A stretch of 64,000 nucleotides of DNA from Candidatus Cloacimonadales bacterium (lineage in GTDB: Bacteria > Cloacimonadota > Cloacimonadia > Cloacimonadales > JAFGVF01): NCBI GenBank assembly GCA_963677495.2, contig CAXXOU010000003.1, forward strand, positions 416,001 to 480,000, read 5' to 3'. Each line of letters starts with the position of its first letter. The first letter of the stretch is position 1. Below are positions 38,623 to 48,284 of the stretch, one piece after another. A program made the translations under genes and the position numbers. Below the pieces are notes generated by a model. The model was not told the origin of the DNA, searched no databases, and saw only the letters and a list, made by a program, of their open reading frames with translations.

Positions 38623-40684
38623 CTCTGATAATCTTACCTGATTGGTTACCTGAATCTGTCTTAATACTGTAGAAATATACACCTGATGGAGATGCACCTA
38701 AAGCTTTCGTATCCAACTTATATTCTCTTTGATTAAGCTCATCACCTTTATAGACTAATCTTCCTTTAATATCATAAATCTCTATTTTTCTGATAAGCTG
38801 ATTCTCAGACTTAACGTACAAGTTTTCAGCAAAAGGCATCGGGTATAGCTGTAGTGATGTTGCCGGTTGTACTTGCTCATCAATAGAAATCGCATTATCG
38901 AACTCAACAGCCCCTATATCTATGAAGTTATCAACTATTCTCTCGTTTCCATGGAAATCTGTTTCAGGAATCATAAGGTACTGAGGATTCAATGTACCTG
39001 CATTTATAGCTAATGATACTTGATTTGGCATATAGTAGTATTCTTCTTCTCCCAAAAATCCTGTTGAAGCATTAATGTTTGTGCCATCTGCAATCGCCTG
39101 ATTCACAAGGTTGTACTTCGTATAGAAAGGCTTACAGTTAACTAATTGCATATCTTCAATATATGCTGTTGTGTTATTTGTTACAATGTTATTGTAGAGC
39201 AATGGCTTTGAGTGAAAAGCATGTATAGCAGATGTTTTATAGTAAGTATCAGGGTTGATTACTGCATTGTTTGTAATAGTGTTGTTTAAGAGTTTAGGAA
39301 ACGCATAGTCAGCTCTCAAGAATGAGCCACTAACAAGTGCATAATTGTTGTATGCGACGTTGTTAGTAATTCTGACTGCTGATTCTTTAAAACAGGCAAT
39401 AACTGCACCATTACTTGCCAAGTTTTGCGTAAAAGAACAGTTCTCTATTGTTAACTTATTGAAGCTCTCAACATAAAATACACCACCATGCCCGGAATAA
39501 GCTTCACCTTCTATTGCTATATTCTTACTATTTGCAAAGTCACAATACTTGAAACTGGATGCTTCGTTTTGCTCAGAAGTATTATTAAACCTAATACCAT
39601 TCCAAGCAAACTCAGTATTCTCGTCAGGAGTGAAACTGGCACTACTCATGTGGTTGAAGTCAATCCTATTCTCGGGAGTACCTTCTGCAATAATTGCACC
39701 TTGGACATCTATATGATAATGTCCGGTAAACATGATCGTTGCACCCGGCTCTATGATAAGTGTGCTTCCTGATTCTATTGTGAAATCACTATCAATGTAG
39801 TGGATACCACCATCCCATACCGTATCTTCGGTAATGTTATCAATTCTAGCATTAGTTTCTGTTGGCAACACAAATGACTGGCATCCATAATCTGTAGCTG
39901 CGGAGTTCTGCTGATGACTAAAATTACCGTTAAAAGGATCAATAAGTTCAGGATCAAGACCAGAGATATTACTTGCTTCCGTACCGGAACCCGGCCACGG
40001 ATAAGGCTCGAATCAGCCATAATCGCAATACAATGTGAAGTGATATAATGGGTTTTGGTTTATTGCATCCCTAGAGAAGTAGGACCAGTTATCGTAGATT
40101 TGAGATGCAGGATTTGATGTACCTTGATAACTTATAGCAAAATTAGCACCAGTAGTTAAGAATACGTTTTGTTCACTGTTATATTGCAGAAAGTCATCTC
40201 CTGTGTTAACAGCATTAAAGAAGATATTGTTTCTAATTGTAATATCGTTTCCACAAGCTAAGGTTCTAATTGCATAGTCATCATTGTTATAGAAAGTAAC
40301 ATACTCAACTAAACCTGAAGGATATATTTCACTACCCGAGGATGAATTTCCATAAAACCTAAGATTACCATTGATTATAACACAATCCAATATCTCGAAC
40401 TGGATATCTGTATAAGCAATCATGATTCTTTCATGTTGTAAATCAATGACAGCACCATTCCCTATAATTTTAGTATTTACTCCAAAGTCTCCGTAAAAGA
40501 TGTCAGTCTCATTATCGAAAGTTTGCCCGAGATGCAATCCACCATAGTATGTAACACCTTGCTGAAGCACAACAAGTTTATCAAATCCTTCACCGGATCC
40601 GGCTGCATCATATGCCTCTGAAAGACGTATACTATTTAAACTTAAAGCAATTAAAGATATTACGACCAGCATTAGTTTTCTCAT
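38615..40684 (-). CDS. Secreted beta-helix protein with T9SS-type CTD; one reading frame with an in-frame TGA at 40013-40015 (probable selenocysteine)
   Basis: ORF 40013-40696 (signal peptide, start 40684) and ORF 38615-39871 share a frame, and the 47 codons between them are open (FEPYPWPG...DPELIDPFNGNFSH...). CTD LYPMPF...IYDIKGRLV...SGVYFY...KIIRVK. Confidence 0.7.
39978..40001 (-). promoter_or_regulatory. Putative bacterial SECIS hairpin
   Basis: mRNA UGA-UUCGAGCCUUA-UCCGU-G-GCCGG-GUU-CCGGU-ACGGA: GC-rich stem starting 11 nt after the UGA, with a G-first apical loop. Confidence 0.6.
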
Positions 40685-40686
40685 AA

Positions 40687-41613
40687 TCACTCCCAAATTG
40701 CAACTTCAATCAGACCACTACTATCAGCTTTTCCTCTAAACATCCCTAATGAGTTATAAGGCATTACAATAGTTCCATTGTTGTCAATGGCTATGAATCC
40801 TCCAGCTCCATCAGGAAGCTCACCAATAGTATAATCAGCAGCATCTTCAAGTCCTAATCCAAGATATGTCATCTTAGCATGAATATCATAAGCAGTACAG
40901 CCGGTCATAAATAGCTCTCCGATTCCTGTGCAAGAAACAGCACATGTTTCATTGTTCGCATAAGTTCCTGCCCCAATAATTGGAGTATCACCGATACGCA
41001 TGAATTTCTTGTTAGTCATTCCACCGGTCGAAGTAGAAGTTGCAAGGTTACCTTTAATATCCAACGCAACAGCACCAACAGTACCGAGTGAGACATTGCT
41101 ATCAGCGGTATGATCAAGAATAATCTTACCTTCTGATTTTGCCTTTAACCAAGCATTATACCGATATTCAGTATCAAAATAGTAGTTCTCTACCTGTTCA
41201 AGTCCGTGTAGACTTGCAAACTTATCTGCTCCATCTCCACATAGTAAAATATGCTCGGATTCTTCCATAACTTTTTTTGCAAGTAGGATAGGATTCTTAG
41301 TAGTTTTCACTCCTGTAACTGCTCCACACTTAAGATTATTACCATCCATAAGCGAAGCATCCAACTCATGTTTTCCATCTGCATTATATACAGCTCCCAC
41401 ACCGGCATTAAATAACGGGTTGTCCTCCATGGACCTTACCGCTTCTATCGTTGCATCCAAAGCTGTACCACCACTTTTCAAAACCAATACACCTGCTTGA
41501 AGAGCTTCAGTTAAGCCAATCTTATAGGATTCTATTCGTTCAGGGTCAGTACTTCTACTGATTACACCGGCACCACCATGTATTGCTATTGCGTATTTAC
41601 TAATCAAACTCAT
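40687..41613 (-). CDS. iaaA: Isoaspartyl peptidase / L-asparaginase (Ntn hydrolase)
   Basis: IAIHGGAG, EDNPLFNAG, ELDASLMDG, GTVGAVA, TSTGG, RIGDTPIIGAG; start 41613 with GAGGAG RBS. Confidence 0.92.
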   Translation of the reverse strand: MSLISKYAIAIHGGAGVISRSTDPERIESYKIGLTEALQAGVLVLKSGGTALDATIEAVRSMEDNPLFNAGVGAVYNADGKHELDASLMDGNNLKCGAVTGVKTTKNPILLAKKVMEESEHILLCGDGADKFASLHGLEQVENYYFDTEYRYNAWLKAKSEGKIILDHTADSNVSLGTVGAVALDIKGNLATSTSTGGMTNKKFMRIGDTPIIGAGTYANNETCAVSCTGIGELFMTGCTAYDIHAKMTYLGLGLEDAADYTIGELPDGAGGFIAIDNNGTIVMPYNSLGMFRGKADSSGLIEVAIWE

Positions 41614-42241
41614 ACTCCTCATCGAAATCAAAACGCTTATCAATTTCCTGCTTTGCTGAATGATATGAAAAGCCTTTCCTAATCAAGAATTCAAGACACT
41701 TCTGTTTATGCTTTCGCTTATCTTCAGTTCTATATCGTCTAAAAGCATAATCTGCTTTCTCTTTTAGGTTCTCTGACTCAGCAGAAGCATCATAATACTC
41801 ACTAAGAGCATAGTCAATATATTCAGGACTAATTCCTTTCTCTTTAAGCTTGTATCGAAGCTCTTTTCTACTAAGCTGACTATCTCTTCCTGAGATTACA
41901 AACATCTCAGCAAAGCGTTTGTCATTGAGGAATTTCTTTTCAAGACAGAAATCTATCAGTTGCTTTGAGAACTCATATGATAATGGTAACTCTTTTAGAA
42001 ATGTCCTTGCTTCTTTAAGAGAACGGTCTCTATAGGAAAGGAAACGGAACAGTCTCTCTCTACCGTAACGCAGCACTTCAGTCTCAAAGTCATCTATATT
42101 GTATTCACTAATCGCAAGTACACCATCATTGTCGATGAATCGTCTTAATATTTTGCCTGATAAAGTACCAATAGCCTTTCCATCACCAAATATGATATAG
42201 ATGCTCTTCTTTCCGTGTTTAAGTTCAAATGTATATTGCAT
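41600..42241 (-). CDS. recX: Regulatory protein RecX
   Basis: FLSYRDRSLKE, FLNDKRFA, LKEKGI, FLIRKGF; directly downstream of recA. Confidence 0.85.
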   Translation of the reverse strand: MQYTFELKHGKKSIYIIFGDGKAIGTLSGKILRRFIDNDGVLAISEYNIDDFETEVLRYGRERLFRFLSYRDRSLKEARTFLKELPLSYEFSKQLIDFCLEKKFLNDKRFAEMFVISGRDSQLSRKELRYKLKEKGISPEYIDYALSEYYDASAESENLKEKADYAFRRYRTEDKRKHKQKCLEFLIRKGFSYHSAKQEIDKRFDFDEEYEFD

Positions 42242-42281
42242 AAAAAAAGAAAAGTCTCACCCACTTCAAAGCAGATGAGAC
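42242..42281 (-). terminator. Intrinsic terminator between recA and recX
   Basis: Minus strand GTCTCATCTGC-tttgaa-GTGGGTGAGAC followed by TTTTCTTTTTTT. Confidence 0.7.
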
Positions 42282-42295
42282 CATAGCAGTTTTAT

Positions 42296-43327
42296 CTATT
42301 CTTCTGTATTCTCTACGTTTTCAAAGTCTTCAGGAGCCACAAGAGCTCTAACTTTATTTTCAATTTCACTCTTAAGTTCAGGATTATCATTAAAATAAAT
42401 CTTAACCTTCTCAGTACCTTGACCAAGACGTGTATCACCATATGAATACCATGATCCACTCTTTGTAATAATATTATGACTCACACCCATATCAATGAGA
42501 ATATCATTGTAAGAGATTCCCTGACCAAAGATGATTGGGAAGAGTACTGTTTTGAATGGAGGAGCAAGCTTGTTCTTAACTATCTTCACTCTTACCTTGT
42601 TTCCAAGAACTTCAGCTTCTGCACCTGTACTCTTAATAGCACCTGCATTTCTTACTTCCAGACGTACTGATGAGTAGAACTTAAGGGCTACACCACCGGT
42701 AGTTGTTTCAGGATTCACGTAAGAAGGTACTCCAATTTTCATACGAGTCTGGTTAATAAAGATTACTGCACAATTAGTCTTAGAGATAATAGATGTAAGC
42801 TTTCTTAAAGCTTGTGACATCAATCTAGCTTGAAGACCGACATGACTGTCGCCCATCGAACCTTCAATCTCCTGTCTAGGCACAAGAGCTGCAACTGAGT
42901 CAACAATTACAAGATCTATAGCGTTACTTCTTACAAGTGCTTCAACAATCTCTAATGCTTGTTCTCCACCATCCGGCTGAGATAGAAGCAAGTGGTCTAT
43001 ATCTACACCAAGATTTCTGGCATAATGTGGATCCAATGCATGCTCTGCGTCGATAAAGGCTACAACGCCACCTTGTTTCTGGCATTCAGCAGCAACATGA
43101 AGTGTCAGTGTTGTTTTACCTGATGCCTCTGCACCGTATATCTCTGTTATACGACCCTTTGGTATACCACCCATTCCAAGAGCTAAGTCAAGGTTAAGTG
43201 CACCTGTAGGTATTGTATCAACAGCAATATTCGGTTTGTCTCCCATCTGCATGACAGTACCAATACCGAACTTCTTCTCCAATTGGGTTATTGCAGTTTT
43301 CAGTGCTGCTTCTTTGTTTTTATCCAT
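42296..43327 (-). CDS. recA: Recombinase RecA
   Basis: [58 protein letters not shown]. Confidence 0.98.
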   Translation of the reverse strand: MDKNKEAALKTAITQLEKKFGIGTVMQMGDKPNIAVDTIPTGALNLDLALGMGGIPKGRITEIYGAEASGKTTLTLHVAAECQKQGGVVAFIDAEHALDPHYARNLGVDIDHLLLSQPDGGEQALEIVEALVRSNAIDLVIVDSVAALVPRQEIEGSMGDSHVGLQARLMSQALRKLTSIISKTNCAVIFINQTRMKIGVPSYVNPETTTGGVALKFYSSVRLEVRNAGAIKSTGAEAEVLGNKVRVKIVKNKLAPPFKTVLFPIIFGQGISYNDILIDMGVSHNIITKSGSWYSYGDTRLGQGTEKVKIYFNDNPELKSEIENKVRALVAPEDFENVENTEE

Positions 43328-43339
43328 AATTATTCCTCC

Positions 43340-43885
43340 TCAAAGTTCATAGTCAAAGAGGGAAATATATCGTGGTCCCTTCTTTGATAAAATGCTTTTA
43401 TACAAAGTTATATCTGGTGATTTAAAGCTTAAGCCGGAAACAGGATATGACAACAAACGTTTCATAACAGGCACCGGGATTACATCCTTTATCCTACCGA
43501 GAGTTATGTGTGGTTTGTAGGCTTTAATATCTAAATCAGGGCAGAAAGTTGCCAATTCTTTGTTAAGTCTTTTCACCCATTTAGATATACCGGAATCAGC
43601 ATCAAGCTTTATCCAGACTATTTTAGGTCGGTTTGACGGTACAACTTCAACTCCTGAAATCTTAAACTCATTGCAATCAAATTCGGCTAAGCGTTCCTCT
43701 ATGATTCTGTTAATGTCATCCAATACAGCATCATTTATATCACCCAGAAAACTCAAAGTAATATGTAAATTCTCATCTTCTACCCATTTAACCCCAAATG
43801 GTATGAGTGCTTTAAAGCTGTTTATTGCTTCAATAGCTTCAAGCTTCTGCTCACTCGGGAGATTAAAGGCTAGAAATGCTCTCAT
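43340..43885 (-). CDS. thpR: RNA 2',3'-cyclic phosphodiesterase (2H family)
   Basis: MRAFLA, two HxT motifs (NLHITLSFLG, KPHITLGR), LYKS. Confidence 0.9.
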   Translation of the reverse strand: MRAFLAFNLPSEQKLEAIEAINSFKALIPFGVKWVEDENLHITLSFLGDINDAVLDDINRIIEERLAEFDCNEFKISGVEVVPSNRPKIVWIKLDADSGISKWVKRLNKELATFCPDLDIKAYKPHITLGRIKDVIPVPVMKRLLSYPVSGLSFKSPDITLYKSILSKKGPRYISLFDYEL

Positions 43886-44368
43886 CTATCGTTTATAGCC
43901 AATGTTTATTAGGAACTGCTTTCTTGCAGTGATGTCAGTATCAAGCTCAACACCTTTTGGTGAGAATCCATCAACAACTCCAAGAACTCCACGTCCTTGT
44001 TCTGTTTCTGCAAGTATTACTTCCACAGGATTAGCAGTTGCACAAAAAACAGTTGCAACTTCACGACAGCTTTTAACTGCAGGCAGAATGTTAATCGGAT
44101 AAGCATCTTTTAAGATAATTAAGAAAGTGTGCCCCGCACCAATTCTGCGAACGTTTTCAACTGCAAGCTTTACAAGCTCAGGATTGTTACCATCTTTTCT
44201 GACAAGACATGGTCCTGAGGCCTCATTAAAGGCTAAACCAAACTGTGCGTTAGGGACAGAATTGACGATTACTTCATACAAATCTTCCACTGTTTTTATA
44301 AAATGTGATTGCCCGAAAATGATATTCATCTCTTCGGGAAGCTGAATTTTCTCTACTCGAAGTTCCAT
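43886..44368 (-). CDS. Adenosine-specific kinase (DUF355)
   Basis: NIIFGQSHFIKTVEDL, AFNEASG, GAGHTF, FCATANP, GRGVLGVVDG. Confidence 0.85.
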   Translation of the reverse strand: MELRVEKIQLPEEMNIIFGQSHFIKTVEDLYEVIVNSVPNAQFGLAFNEASGPCLVRKDGNNPELVKLAVENVRRIGAGHTFLIILKDAYPINILPAVKSCREVATVFCATANPVEVILAETEQGRGVLGVVDGFSPKGVELDTDITARKQFLINIGYKR

Positions 44369-44568
44369 ATTAACTCCATATATTTTTTAATGGTACATCT
44401 AGTAGAATTAATTGTAGATTCAAGATTTATGTCAAACATTTTTTCAATAAAATTAAGTATTGCTTAATGTTCTGCTCGTTTTGTGGGAGTTTTTCTGCAC
44501 CGTAACATTATTGTGGGTCGGGAAAAATTGTCTGGTTGCCACTACTACCGGAATGAGCGTGTGATTCC

Positions 44569-44952
44569 TCATCATTGGAGTCATAGCGAGTTTCAGGTTT
44601 TTCAAAGGAGTTTGTCAGAGTGAAGTTTACGAGCGAGAACGGACTTCTTTGAGAAATCTGAAATATGTTGGAATCATAGTGATGAGACCCTACCCTTTTT
44701 CGCTATTGCTCCAACTCCCATTCGGTCGCTATGAACACAGCTACCTTAAAGCGGTCACCTGTACGACTGATAAGGAGTTTGGGGAATTGCGTTTTATGTT
44801 GAATAACTTCCTGCGTACTTGTAGTGCGAGTTACCCCACTTCCTCATAACTCGAAAGAGCTATAGGTTTTCCGCATTTCCCCGAGCTCGTAAACTCGCAA
44901 TGGTGACTGCTATGGAACTTGTAACCCGATCACCCCTGATCGGTGTCGTTCC
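44569..44952 (+). other. Extensively base-paired intergenic region (candidate structured RNA or ssDNA/REP-like hairpin cluster)
   Basis: 25-bp stem 44591-44615/44639-44663, 17-bp stem 44775-44791/44872-44888, enclosing helix 44751-44759/44902-44910; nearly all non-Watson-Crick positions are G-U on the + strand. Confidence 0.5.
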
Positions 44953-44969
44953 AGGTAAAAAACATACTT

Positions 44970-47357
44970 CTACTTCATTAATACCATTTTAGTAGTAATA
45001 CTCTTACCCCTACTCTTCATCTTACAGAAGTATATACCAGATGATACGGTTCTGTTATCATCATCTACTCCGTTCCATACAACCTTATGCTCCCCACTCT
45101 CCATCTCATCATCGCATAGTGTTTTGATTTTTTGTCCTTTCACATTGTAGATAGCAATTTCAACCTTAGATTTTGTGGGTAATGTAAATGATATGTTGGT
45201 TGTAGGATTGAAAGGATTAGGATAATTAGTTAAACTATAGGGTTCAAGACTTATAACATCATCTTGTGAATTGGTATATCCCGGAAACTCATAACACCCA
45301 ATATCGATACTACTACCATAAATCCTATCCTCACCTGCAAGATCATAAAGTGGAAATTCGTAGTTTGCAGGGAATAGGTTTAGATCCGTTGTTCCGGCAT
45401 CTATTGCAGGAGAAGGTCCCCATTCTGTATCATCTCCTGATAAGTAATAATACTCAGGGAATGCTGGATCACCACCAACAAATAAGGGGTCTGTTCCAAC
45501 TAGGTTGTTAGCACCAAAGTTAATAGGATCACCATTAAAAACAGTGTACAAGTTCTCTGAATCTGTAAAAAGACAATTATCTACATTACTATTACCTGAT
45601 AGGTCTAGCTGATAAGTATGACCTTCGTTGTTTGCAAAGATGCAATTATAGACATTGAGAGAATCTGATGTTGTTATGAAATTCTCATATACACCTTGAT
45701 TGTTAGCAAAAGTTGTATTCAGGATATTTATTGATTCGTAATCACCAAACATCAATATAGTATATGCCGATCCACTTGTAGTATTATTGGAGTAAAGACA
45801 ATTATCAATAAACAAACTAGGATTAGAATTAACATCATTATGTTGAAAAGTAGAAGTATAATCGGAAACATTAAGATAGTTATTTATGAAGGTACTGTTT
45901 TTTATTCTGCAAGTATCCTTAATCGATAGATTATAAACACCCCAAGCTGGTGTTGTACCTATTTGCTCAGTAATACAATCACGTACATATAGAGAATCAA
46001 TTTCTAAGTTGAGTAAGCCTAAATTTAAACCGGAATTAATATATGATGTATTGTTAATTAGAGATACATTGCTGATTCTTAAATCTCCTTCATAACCATT
46101 AATTGACATCGCCCCAGTAAAAAGTCCAAGATTACTGTCTCTAATTACAACATTATCTATATCTGAGTGATAAGCAGTGTATGATCCTAACCCATGTCCG
46201 TTATTAACAGTTATTGATAGATTCTCTATAGACATATTAGATTGATGTGAACCATAGGAGATACAAGCACCTACAGGTGCCTCTACCATAGAATCAGCAA
46301 AGAGATGTGTCATTTCCGGTGATACTCCATGTAATGTTGTGTTTTCTTTTAAAACAATTGTTGTATTACAGCCATTAATTATCTCAGTAAAGTCTCCCTC
46401 TAAGAGATGAACTGTTAATGGATTATCTACTGTTGGATTGATTTGCTGAAAAGCCTTCCAAGTTGTTCTTAAAGGATCTTCAGGAGTCAAACCGGAATTC
46501 GTATCATCCCCGTTCATAGAAACATATAAATCACTTTCAACAGGTGTTATATATGATTGCTGTATATCAAAAACTGGGAAAGGATTGGTTATATCAGTAT
46601 AATCATAATCAAATATATTTACGTAATACTTTGATGGTTCATGCCAAGTAAACATGTCTAAATAAATATCTTGTGTGAAAAAATGATTGTAACTCCATCC
46701 AATATCCATACCTTGAGGACTATAGTTATTGTAGATACTACAGCGATTGACTTGATCAAAAATAACATTGGAATGATCAGTCCAAGAGCTTGCAAAGCAA
46801 ACTCCTCCACCAATACATCTACCAATATTGTTGAAAATGTTAACATTGCTAATATTGCACTGTATATTGTCGTGACCAAACCAAATACCTCCTCCTTTCG
46901 ATGACTTATTCTCAAAAATGTTACAATTTTTAATAATTATATCAATATTGCTATAGCAAAAGATCCCTCCACCAAACACTTGATCACTATTTATATCATG
47001 ACTATCCCAGAATATATGCCCACTTCCACCTGTGATTGATAATCCTCTTATCTCACAATTAGTTAGGTTTTCATAACATGAAATAGTGGAATCTTCATTT
47101 AAACTACCATTGATTATAGTTAAACTTACATAGGTTGTATCTCCTGTAGTAGCTTCCAATGAACACAATGAGACATTAGATTTATTACTAAACTCAATAT
47201 TCTCATAATACATACCGGGATGTACAATCACTGTGTCACCTGCTACAGAGAAATCAATGCCTTCTTGAATCGTTGTGTAATCCATGGGGATATTAATAAT
47301 GTTGGCGAATAGTAGAATTGGTAAAAGCATTAGTAGAAATAGAAAGATTCTTCTCAT
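44970..47357 (-). CDS. Secreted right-handed beta-helix protein with T9SS-type CTD
   Basis: Signal peptide (start MRRIFLF, 47357); TIQEGID...GDTVIVHPGMYYENI; YVSMNGDDTNSGLTPEDP (DUF1565-like); DPLFV...SPAIDAG; CTD TNYPNPFNP...SSGIYF...KMVLMK. Confidence 0.8.
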   Translation of the reverse strand: MRRIFLFLLMLLPILLFANIINIPMDYTTIQEGIDFSVAGDTVIVHPGMYYENIEFSNKSNVSLCSLEATTGDTTYVSLTIINGSLNEDSTISCYENLTNCEIRGLSITGGSGHIFWDSHDINSDQVFGGGIFCYSNIDIIIKNCNIFENKSSKGGGIWFGHDNIQCNISNVNIFNNIGRCIGGGVCFASSWTDHSNVIFDQVNRCSIYNNYSPQGMDIGWSYNHFFTQDIYLDMFTWHEPSKYYVNIFDYDYTDITNPFPVFDIQQSYITPVESDLYVSMNGDDTNSGLTPEDPLRTTWKAFQQINPTVDNPLTVHLLEGDFTEIINGCNTTIVLKENTTLHGVSPEMTHLFADSMVEAPVGACISYGSHQSNMSIENLSITVNNGHGLGSYTAYHSDIDNVVIRDSNLGLFTGAMSINGYEGDLRISNVSLINNTSYINSGLNLGLLNLEIDSLYVRDCITEQIGTTPAWGVYNLSIKDTCRIKNSTFINNYLNVSDYTSTFQHNDVNSNPSLFIDNCLYSNNTTSGSAYTILMFGDYESINILNTTFANNQGVYENFITTSDSLNVYNCIFANNEGHTYQLDLSGNSNVDNCLFTDSENLYTVFNGDPINFGANNLVGTDPLFVGGDPAFPEYYYLSGDDTEWGPSPAIDAGTTDLNLFPANYEFPLYDLAGEDRIYGSSIDIGCYEFPGYTNSQDDVISLEPYSLTNYPNPFNPTTNISFTLPTKSKVEIAIYNVKGQKIKTLCDDEMESGEHKVVWNGVDDDNRTVSSGIYFCKMKSRGKSITTKMVLMK

Positions 47358-47559
47358 AATCACAACCTTTTCAGGACACAATATTTGGAAGCTTCTGCAG
47401 ATTCAAAATATTGGGTCAATGTCTTTTAGTTTATTCACTACATATATTTTCTATGTGTCAAGAATAAAAGCAAGACTTCTGGTTTATTCTTGCAGAAGAT
47501 TAACTATCATAGATTAAATTCAGGTCAGTGGAGCTTGCCGACTTCGTCGTCACAGCATC

Positions 47560-47794
47560 AGTCTTCGTTAAAAACTACGCCCCGACAGGACTCGGGAGAG
47601 TCGCAGTACAACGTAGGGCATGCAACCTGCTTGCTCACAGCTCGATAGAGCTGTATTCCCCGCGACGGAACCTGATTATATTTACTAAAGAACTTTAGTA
47701 ATTTATGCCAATTAACGTCAGTGGCGGGGCATAGCTTCGCTAAGCAGACAAGCTGGCAGCGTGTCCTACGGTTCGACATGCAACGTCGTTGTAC
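47560..47794. repeat. Cluster of REP-like hairpins including an inverted GTAG-type pair
   Basis: GTAGGGCATGCAACCTGCTTGCTC (~47613) faces GACAAGCTGGCAGCGTGTCCTAC (~47746-47769); the latter recurs at ~36645; ACAGCTCGATAGAGCTGT hairpin. Confidence 0.5.
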
Positions 47795-47935
47795 TGCTCT
47801 GCCTTAATTCCTATGAGACACCTATTGAATCCCCGTTAGCTTCCCGTTAGATCCCCGTTATAGAGAATGGGTATTGGATTGCTTTCAAATGACAAAGAAA
47901 TACATGTTAGATTTATATTGTGAGAGAGCAATCAA
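47790..47935. repeat. Inverted-repeat element (family copy) with 11-bp periodic core
   Basis: Right end ATTGTGAGAGAGCAAT resembles the family TIR; CCTAT/CCCGTTA at 47810, 47821, 47832, 47843, 47854. Confidence 0.5.
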
Positions 47936-48030
47936 ACACTAAGTCCACTCCCGCTAAATAAGTCCACAAATCTAGTAATCCGGAGCAATTGTATCCAAGC
48001 AGAAGACAATTTAATCACTATTATTATCCT

Positions 48031-48176
48031 CTCATTGCTCTATCATAATAAAGCAGAGAAAACAGTACAATTCCAAGGAGTCTCTTGGGGCTTTCTGGGG
48101 GTGAATCATAAGAAACTGTCCTGAAAGTGGGTAGAAAAGCATGAATTTTAAATCCGAATTATGAGGGTCTGATGAT
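48031..48176. mobile_element. MITE-like element, homolog of 27099-27246 (opposite orientation)
   Basis: CTCATTGCTCTATCATAATAAAGC...GGAGTCTCTTGGG...AATTATGAGGG aligns colinearly with the reverse complement of 27099-27246. Confidence 0.55.
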
Positions 48177-48232
48177 GGGCAAGTGAAACGTTAATATACG
48201 ACACCTGAATTGTAAGGATAATCTGCTAGCTA

Positions 48233-48256
48233 GGGCACAAGGTGTTGTGCCCCTAC
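48233..48256 (-). repeat. GTAG-type REP hairpin
   Basis: Minus strand GTAG-GGGCACAA-cacc-TTGTGCCC. Confidence 0.65.
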
Positions 48257-48284
48257 GAAGAGTTCGACGTACAACGTCGATGTA

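Noticed and set aside
40013..40015. Genome-wide TGA reassignment (code 4/25)
   Set aside because: TGA acts as a normal stop at expected protein ends elsewhere, e.g. iaaA (40687) and thpR (43340), and ORFs are full length under code 11.
39775..40020. 81-aa ORF (MADSSLIR...) as the true N-terminus of the 38615 gene via frameshift
   Set aside because: The frame of the upstream gene continues open through this interval with a recognisable family motif, so the 81-aa ORF is best explained as a shadow frame.
44569..44952. tRNA, tmRNA, RNase P or SRP RNA
   Set aside because: I could not find their diagnostic motifs (T-loop with CCA end, GAGGAAAGUCC, SRP loop) on either strand.
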